Assembly (NCBI GenBank): GCA_964408285.1
Contig: CAYOYV010000001.1
Location: 1-64,000, forward strand
DNA length: 64,000 bases
Direction: 5' to 3'
Origin: an uncultured Nitrososphaerota archaeon
GTDB taxonomy: Archaea; Thermoproteota; EX4484-205; JAAOZO01
Shown piece after piece: positions 59,578-64,000 of the stretch (positions are counted from its first letter, which is position 1; every line of letters starts with the position of its first letter). A program made the translations under genes and the position numbers. Under the pieces are notes generated by a model. That model had not been told where the DNA came from. It was given only the letters and a program-made list of their open reading frames with translations, and ran no database searches.

Positions 59578-60354
59578 TCATAGAAGACGCAAAACCTTCT
59601 CAGGCACTATATACGTTCTTCGACAGCTGGCACAGAGAATTGTGGGCTCCATCTGTCTCAGTTCCTGAGAACTACCACAATGAGGGCAGGTCATCTGAAC
59701 GATTCCATCCGGACTCAGGTCAAAGCTCGATGCAGTGACATGCTGGGGTGCTTCTTTTTCCTGTTTGGCAGCGGACAGATGTATGAACTCACTTGTCGCT
59801 TCATCGAAAGATCCTTGGACCATGTTCTCAGAGATGAGGTAACTCACCCATCCCAACGCAGAACTCTCGTCGGCCTTCGGGTAAGAGATCCGCAGAATCG
59901 GCAATATATCGGATAAACTCGTGCGCTGCCTGGAGTTCAGAAACGCTGCGAGATCTCTTGATGTTGACTCATGTATTTGATCTACTCGGATTTCCTGGCT
60001 GATCAGGTTGGCCCAGACCTCAGGATCCTTCACTCCCTCATGGCGCAGCGTGACCTGTCCCCGCTCATCATGTACTCGGGCAACTATGATCAAGGCTTTG
60101 CCGAGCAGTGCCTTCTCAACTCTGGCACCGATTATATCGGTGAGATCAAAGGCATAGATGATCCTGTATTCTTTCATAACAAGTCCCTTCACGCCAACAA
60201 GCACAAGTCGCCTAGTGTTTGTCAGCATGAGTGTACATGATAGTTCGCGTCGATTGTGATTCGTAGAGAAGCTTGTTACTGGAGATTGATATTCAGCTCG
60301 TTCGTTCGTCCTTAGAACGGATTCGGCCATATCTTTCTTTGGCAGTATGGTCAA
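59578..60354 (-). CDS. Hypothetical protein: PH/GRAM-like domain, PCI-like winged helix and zinc ribbon
   Basis: TLMLTNTRRLVL PH-like strand pattern; LISENMVQGSFDE PCI-like motif; CPHC...CASC. Confidence 0.6.
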   Translation of the reverse strand: MTILPKKDMAESVLRTNERAEYQSPVTSFSTNHNRRELSCTLMLTNTRRLVLVGVKGLVMKEYRIIYAFDLTDIIGARVEKALLGKALIIVARVHDERGQVTLRHEGVKDPEVWANLISQEIRVDQIHESTSRDLAAFLNSRQRTSLSDILPILRISYPKADESSALGWVSYLISENMVQGSFDEATSEFIHLSAAKQEKEAPQHVTASSFDLSPDGIVQMTCPHCGSSQELRQMEPTILCASCRRTYIVPEKVLRLL

Positions 60355-60571
60355 GCGAATTCGTTATTAAGGATTGGCATAATGCTGCTCGGTATTTTAA
60401 ATGACATATATGTTTAAGAATAGAGTAACGTCTTAAGAACCTTGACTAGCCGGTCATTTGACGATCGATGTTTCCCGAATGAATGGAGAAACTGGGACTG
60501 CTGAAGCGTCGAACTCAAGTACATTGACGCACCTAGACCGTGAGTGGATAAAGAATGAGAGGCCCTGTTGA

Positions 60572-61117
60572 ATGTCAGATCCAAGTTCGCTAGTAGATCA
60601 GATCAAAACCTCCCTCAAGGAATTCAGAGAGCTAAGGGAGAAATCGAAGAGGAGGCTTATAGAAATGGAGGAAGAGATCAAGCTGCTGGACAGGCGTCAC
60701 TACGAACTTCAGATGTTTTCGCGAGTTCTGGATTCATTACGTATGTACCTTCTAGCCAACCCTCCGGTGTACAGCGATCAAGGTCTTGAATTCAGTGTGA
60801 CCGCAATCGACGATATTCTGGGATCGGATGACACTTTTGGTTCCCTAGGAGTCATTCTAGCACCAGAGATCAGGAGCATCTTTCGCGAAAGGCTATCTGT
60901 GCTCACGATACAAAGAACGGCTCAGGCATTTGAGGCAAGACTGAAGGAGATTGAAAACAAAACCCGGGACGCTTTGATTAGAATCGAGGTCAGGAGGAAT
61001 CCCTTACTTGAAGAACGGGACAAGCTCTTCAATCAAATCAACATGATGGACAAGGAGTCAGAGACTATCTGGGAATATGTGGCTCAAATGAGGATGGAGT
61101 CAAGCACTCAACAGTGA
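60572..61117 (+). CDS. Hypothetical coiled-coil protein
   Basis: Two long E/K/R/L heptad helices separated by a short hinge. Confidence 0.65.
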   Translation: MSDPSSLVDQIKTSLKEFRELREKSKRRLIEMEEEIKLLDRRHYELQMFSRVLDSLRMYLLANPPVYSDQGLEFSVTAIDDILGSDDTFGSLGVILAPEIRSIFRERLSVLTIQRTAQAFEARLKEIENKTRDALIRIEVRRNPLLEERDKLFNQINMMDKESETIWEYVAQMRMESSTQQ

Positions 61118-61227
61118 GCTTGCATTTCCAGTCACAGCCAGGGCGCCGCTATGTGTCTCAGCACGTGCGCGCGTTATGGGGAAGGGCTGGATTAGTCTTA
61201 TATCATAAAACGCGCTTCGATATCGGT

Positions 61228-61530
61228 ATGATTGGGGGGGACTTATTTGGCTGGTCCCTTAATAATGCCAATAACGTGAAAGAGGAGCCCGCGGTTTTCG
61301 AGTTGTATGATGCGTCGAATACCTTGATTTACATTGGGTCAACCTCCAATCTGAGAATAAGATTCAGAAACTATCTCAGCACGAATCTGGAATGGGATCC
61401 CTGTAAACAAAGGACAAGGGGCTACAGGAGGCAATATGTTGGTTCTGAATCCGAAGCGAGGCTACTTGAGGAAGCTTACGTAAACGAATACAAACAACAA
61501 CACGGAGCCCCACCTCCCTGCAACAAGTGA
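61228..61530 (+). CDS. Stand-alone GIY-YIG nuclease family protein (UvrC N-terminus-like)
   Basis: AVFELYD...IYIGST.NLR.R, EARLLE and PPCN motifs; start refined to ATG 61228. Confidence 0.8.
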   Translation: MIGGDLFGWSLNNANNVKEEPAVFELYDASNTLIYIGSTSNLRIRFRNYLSTNLEWDPCKQRTRGYRRQYVGSESEARLLEEAYVNEYKQQHGAPPPCNK

Positions 61531-61650
61531 TTCCCATCAATAGGTTGCCAAGCTACCTTCAAAGCTAGATGAGTGTCTTATGACATCATAGTCTTCCTAT
61601 GTGAGTCACAAAAGCATTTAGATTTATTCTCTTTTTCAGATCAGCAGGAA

Positions 61651-62472
61651 ATGATGACCAGAGTGAGGGATAGGCTATGGATCTGGGGGCATGAGGCTGG
61701 GAGCCATAACTGGTATCGCGGTATCAAGGACAGGAACCTGAAGTCTCGCATGACTCCTGCGGAAGGAGCTTTCTACTTGGGTGTGCCGAACATAATCATG
61801 GTTCGCCACCCTGATGCGGAAGGGAATCTGCTTCCACGTCCTCCGTTTAACCAACATGCATTGGCCTTGAGCCCTCTCAAAAAAGTAGTATGGTCCATAG
61901 TCGGAGCTGGTGGTGGATTCCAAACCGACGAATTGGATCAGGTTCTCGGGCTCACACAAGCATTTCCGAATATCTGTGGCGTTCAGATGGACGATTTCTT
62001 CTTCGCCAAGCCAGACCTGAGTGAACGGATAGCACCATACAGCCCAGGAGATCTGAAGACGTTAAAGCAGAGGCTCCTCCTTGATGGAAGGAAGCTTGAG
62101 CTTTGGGTCACAGTATACACGAGCAACCTGGATTTACCGAATGTGGAAGCAACCCTGAGGGAGTGCGATATGCTTACGTTTTGGACATGGCATGCGAGGG
62201 ACATACTCAATCTTCAGCGGAACTTCGATCGGCTAGAACGAAAAGCGCCCTCCTCAAGGATAGCCTTGGGATGCTACATGTGGGATTATGGTGAATGCAA
62301 TCCAATGCCGGTGGATCTGATGCAGAGGCAGTGCGAGCTCGGCTTGGATTGGCTTCGCTCAGGGCGCATTGAGGGCATGGTATTTCTGGCCTCTTGCATA
62401 GCGGACCTAGGGCTTGAGGCCGTTGAGTGGAGTAGGAGCTGGATTCGCCAAGTAGGAGAAGAAACAATCTGA
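61651..62472 (+). CDS. Hypothetical TIM-barrel-like protein, possibly glycosidase-related
   Basis: RDRLWIWGH, GVQMDDFF, LWVTVY, TFWTW and GCYMWDYG aromatic/acidic motifs. Confidence 0.65.
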   Translation: MMTRVRDRLWIWGHEAGSHNWYRGIKDRNLKSRMTPAEGAFYLGVPNIIMVRHPDAEGNLLPRPPFNQHALALSPLKKVVWSIVGAGGGFQTDELDQVLGLTQAFPNICGVQMDDFFFAKPDLSERIAPYSPGDLKTLKQRLLLDGRKLELWVTVYTSNLDLPNVEATLRECDMLTFWTWHARDILNLQRNFDRLERKAPSSRIALGCYMWDYGECNPMPVDLMQRQCELGLDWLRSGRIEGMVFLASCIADLGLEAVEWSRSWIRQVGEETI

Positions 62473-62624
62473 TCTGGATCGGGAAATGGGAACCTCATCG
62501 AACATTTCGTTCGCACGTGGATGAAAGTGGAAATGAGACTCTCGTCTTTCATTTTCCGTCAACTCTGTCTCCCATAGCAGTTGAATCGACCTTTGTTAAG
62601 AGACTTGGGAGGGAATCACTCTAC

Positions 62625-62903
62625 ATGCTAAGCCCGACCTCCAGATTCAAAGAATACGTGAAAGAGCGCTACCAGGATTGGGCGAGAGCAATTGCCGTGC
62701 TTGAGAAGAGCGAGAGAAGAGCCCTGAGGGAGCTCTTCGGAGCTGTCCTATCTACATCTGACAGCGCATGCTCATCCGTCATGACATTTCCCGACGATAT
62801 GATGTTCATGTTGATGCTAATCCATATAGAGTCGGAGCTGGATAGAATTAGAGACGAACTGGCGAAGTACCGAAACGATCCAGCCACGCAAGCTAGATTC
62901 TAG
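62625..62903 (+). CDS. Small helical hypothetical protein
   Basis: Open frame with helical pattern (W...L...ER..L.ELF...MFMLMLIHIE..L); start uncertain. Confidence 0.5.
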   Translation: MLSPTSRFKEYVKERYQDWARAIAVLEKSERRALRELFGAVLSTSDSACSSVMTFPDDMMFMLMLIHIESELDRIRDELAKYRNDPATQARF

Positions 62904-63011
62904 GCTTGAGCTGCATCGCATGCATCGAAGTCAAAGGTCGACTTCTATAGGCGGACTCAAATCAATCTTATATGTCTAAATCGATCGATGCAATCGAGGG
63001 GGTGAATCGAA

Positions 63012-64000
63012 ACGGATAGGGCGAGGAGAAGGCTTCTCATACCCACGGAATCAGGAATAGCCATCTGGACGAACACAACATATTGCGGAAATAGGAGCGC
63101 AAAACTCCTTCAAATGTATTGGCATGAGGTAGCATCTGATACCGCTGGCAAGGTATTCAAGAGAATTAGCTTTGACAATGGCAGGACCTGGTCCCCTGGC
63201 TCCCTAATCTTCGAACCGATTCGTGGAGAACGAGGAGTATCTAGATGGGGGGAGAATGCATTCCTGTTCGACGAGCAAGAGGACGCAGTCATTTTCTTCC
63301 TTAACAATCATCTGTATCCAAAGAACACGTTTACTGGTGAGGTCGAGAGATTCACGAGGATCTTCTATATGATTTCCTTTGACGAAGCAGAGAGTTTCTC
63401 GGAAACTGTCCAGCTCATACAGGAGGGGTGCAATTCGGACACATGGGCAAGGGGGATCACATTCGGCAAGAACAATGCTGCAATCTCCTTCTGCGCCCCC
63501 ATCAAGACGAGAAGCACCAACATCATCCTTCCGGTCCAGATCTGTCCTGCAGACTCAGATTTCGACAATCCTTTTCTCATAAAGTGGCAGGCGGCCTGTT
63601 TCATCGGTCGGTGGGAAGGGAAGAGGATCCGATGGGATCTTTCCAAGCCGGTTAGCATCTATCCCAAGTTGTCATCTCGGGGCTTATGCGAGCCAGCAAT
63701 CGCCGAATTAATGGATGATTCGTTCTTGATGGTCTGTCGTGGAAGCAATCACACGATCCCAAACCTGCCCGGATACAAGTGGTTCTGTACTTCAAAGGAT
63801 GGTGGATATGAATGGTCAAATGTCCGACCCTTCTGCTATGATGATGGCGAGAGGTTCTACTCGCCCGCAACTGGATCGCGTCTAATCAGACACTCGAAGA
63901 ATCGGAAGCTATATTGGATTGGAAACATAGTGCCGGAGAATCCCGACGGCAACAGGCCAAGATATCCCCTTCAGATCGCTGAGGTCAATGAAGCGCGGGT
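63012..64000 (+). CDS. Sialidase/BNR (Asp-box) beta-propeller protein; partial, runs off the window edge
   Basis: Not in the ORF track. Frame open from 63006 to the window end, with Asp boxes SFDNGRTWS, SFDEAESFS and SKDGGYEWS, plus RGLCEPAIAEL and RYPL. Start uncertain (ACG 63012 or ATG 63114). Confidence 0.85.

Noticed and set aside
1-64000. CRISPR arrays, transposases, rRNA, and selenocysteine/pyrrolysine read-through
   Set aside because: No regularly spaced repeats, IS-like ORFs, rRNA motifs or in-frame stops within otherwise intact conserved genes were seen by eye.

Overview
An archaeal chromosomal segment of about 50% GC, most likely from a TACK-superphylum lineage such as Bathyarchaeia (inferred from the group II chaperonin, archaeal-type GlyA, a TackOD1 domain, a multi-intron tRNA, TATA boxes about 25 nt upstream of many start codons, and small proline-rich zinc-ribbon proteins). 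It is a gene-dense mosaic of mostly short transcription units. These include a Dpp/Opp-type ABC importer, a sugar kinase/aldolase/dehydrogenase cluster, GH4 and several uncharacterised glycosidase-like proteins, corrinoid/URO-D-family and GlyA one-carbon genes, a haloarchaeal-type mevalonate decarboxylase, the thermosome, Fpg, an S9 peptidase and a GT2 synthase. No CRISPR array, rRNA or intact mobile element was seen. The most notable items, which the ORF track does not annotate, are: (1) a tRNA-Gly(CCC) split by three BHB introns (25/26, 37/38, 59/60) that also replaces the near-invariant G18/U55 elbow contact with C18/G55; (2) recurrent (CG)n and alternating purine-pyrimidine tracts whose longest examples all lie between genes; (3) a GINS B-domain-like module in the stalk of an extracellular solute-binding protein; (4) a PH-like + PCI-like winged-helix + zinc-ribbon protein. 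All family assignments come from recognising motifs by eye; no database searches were run.
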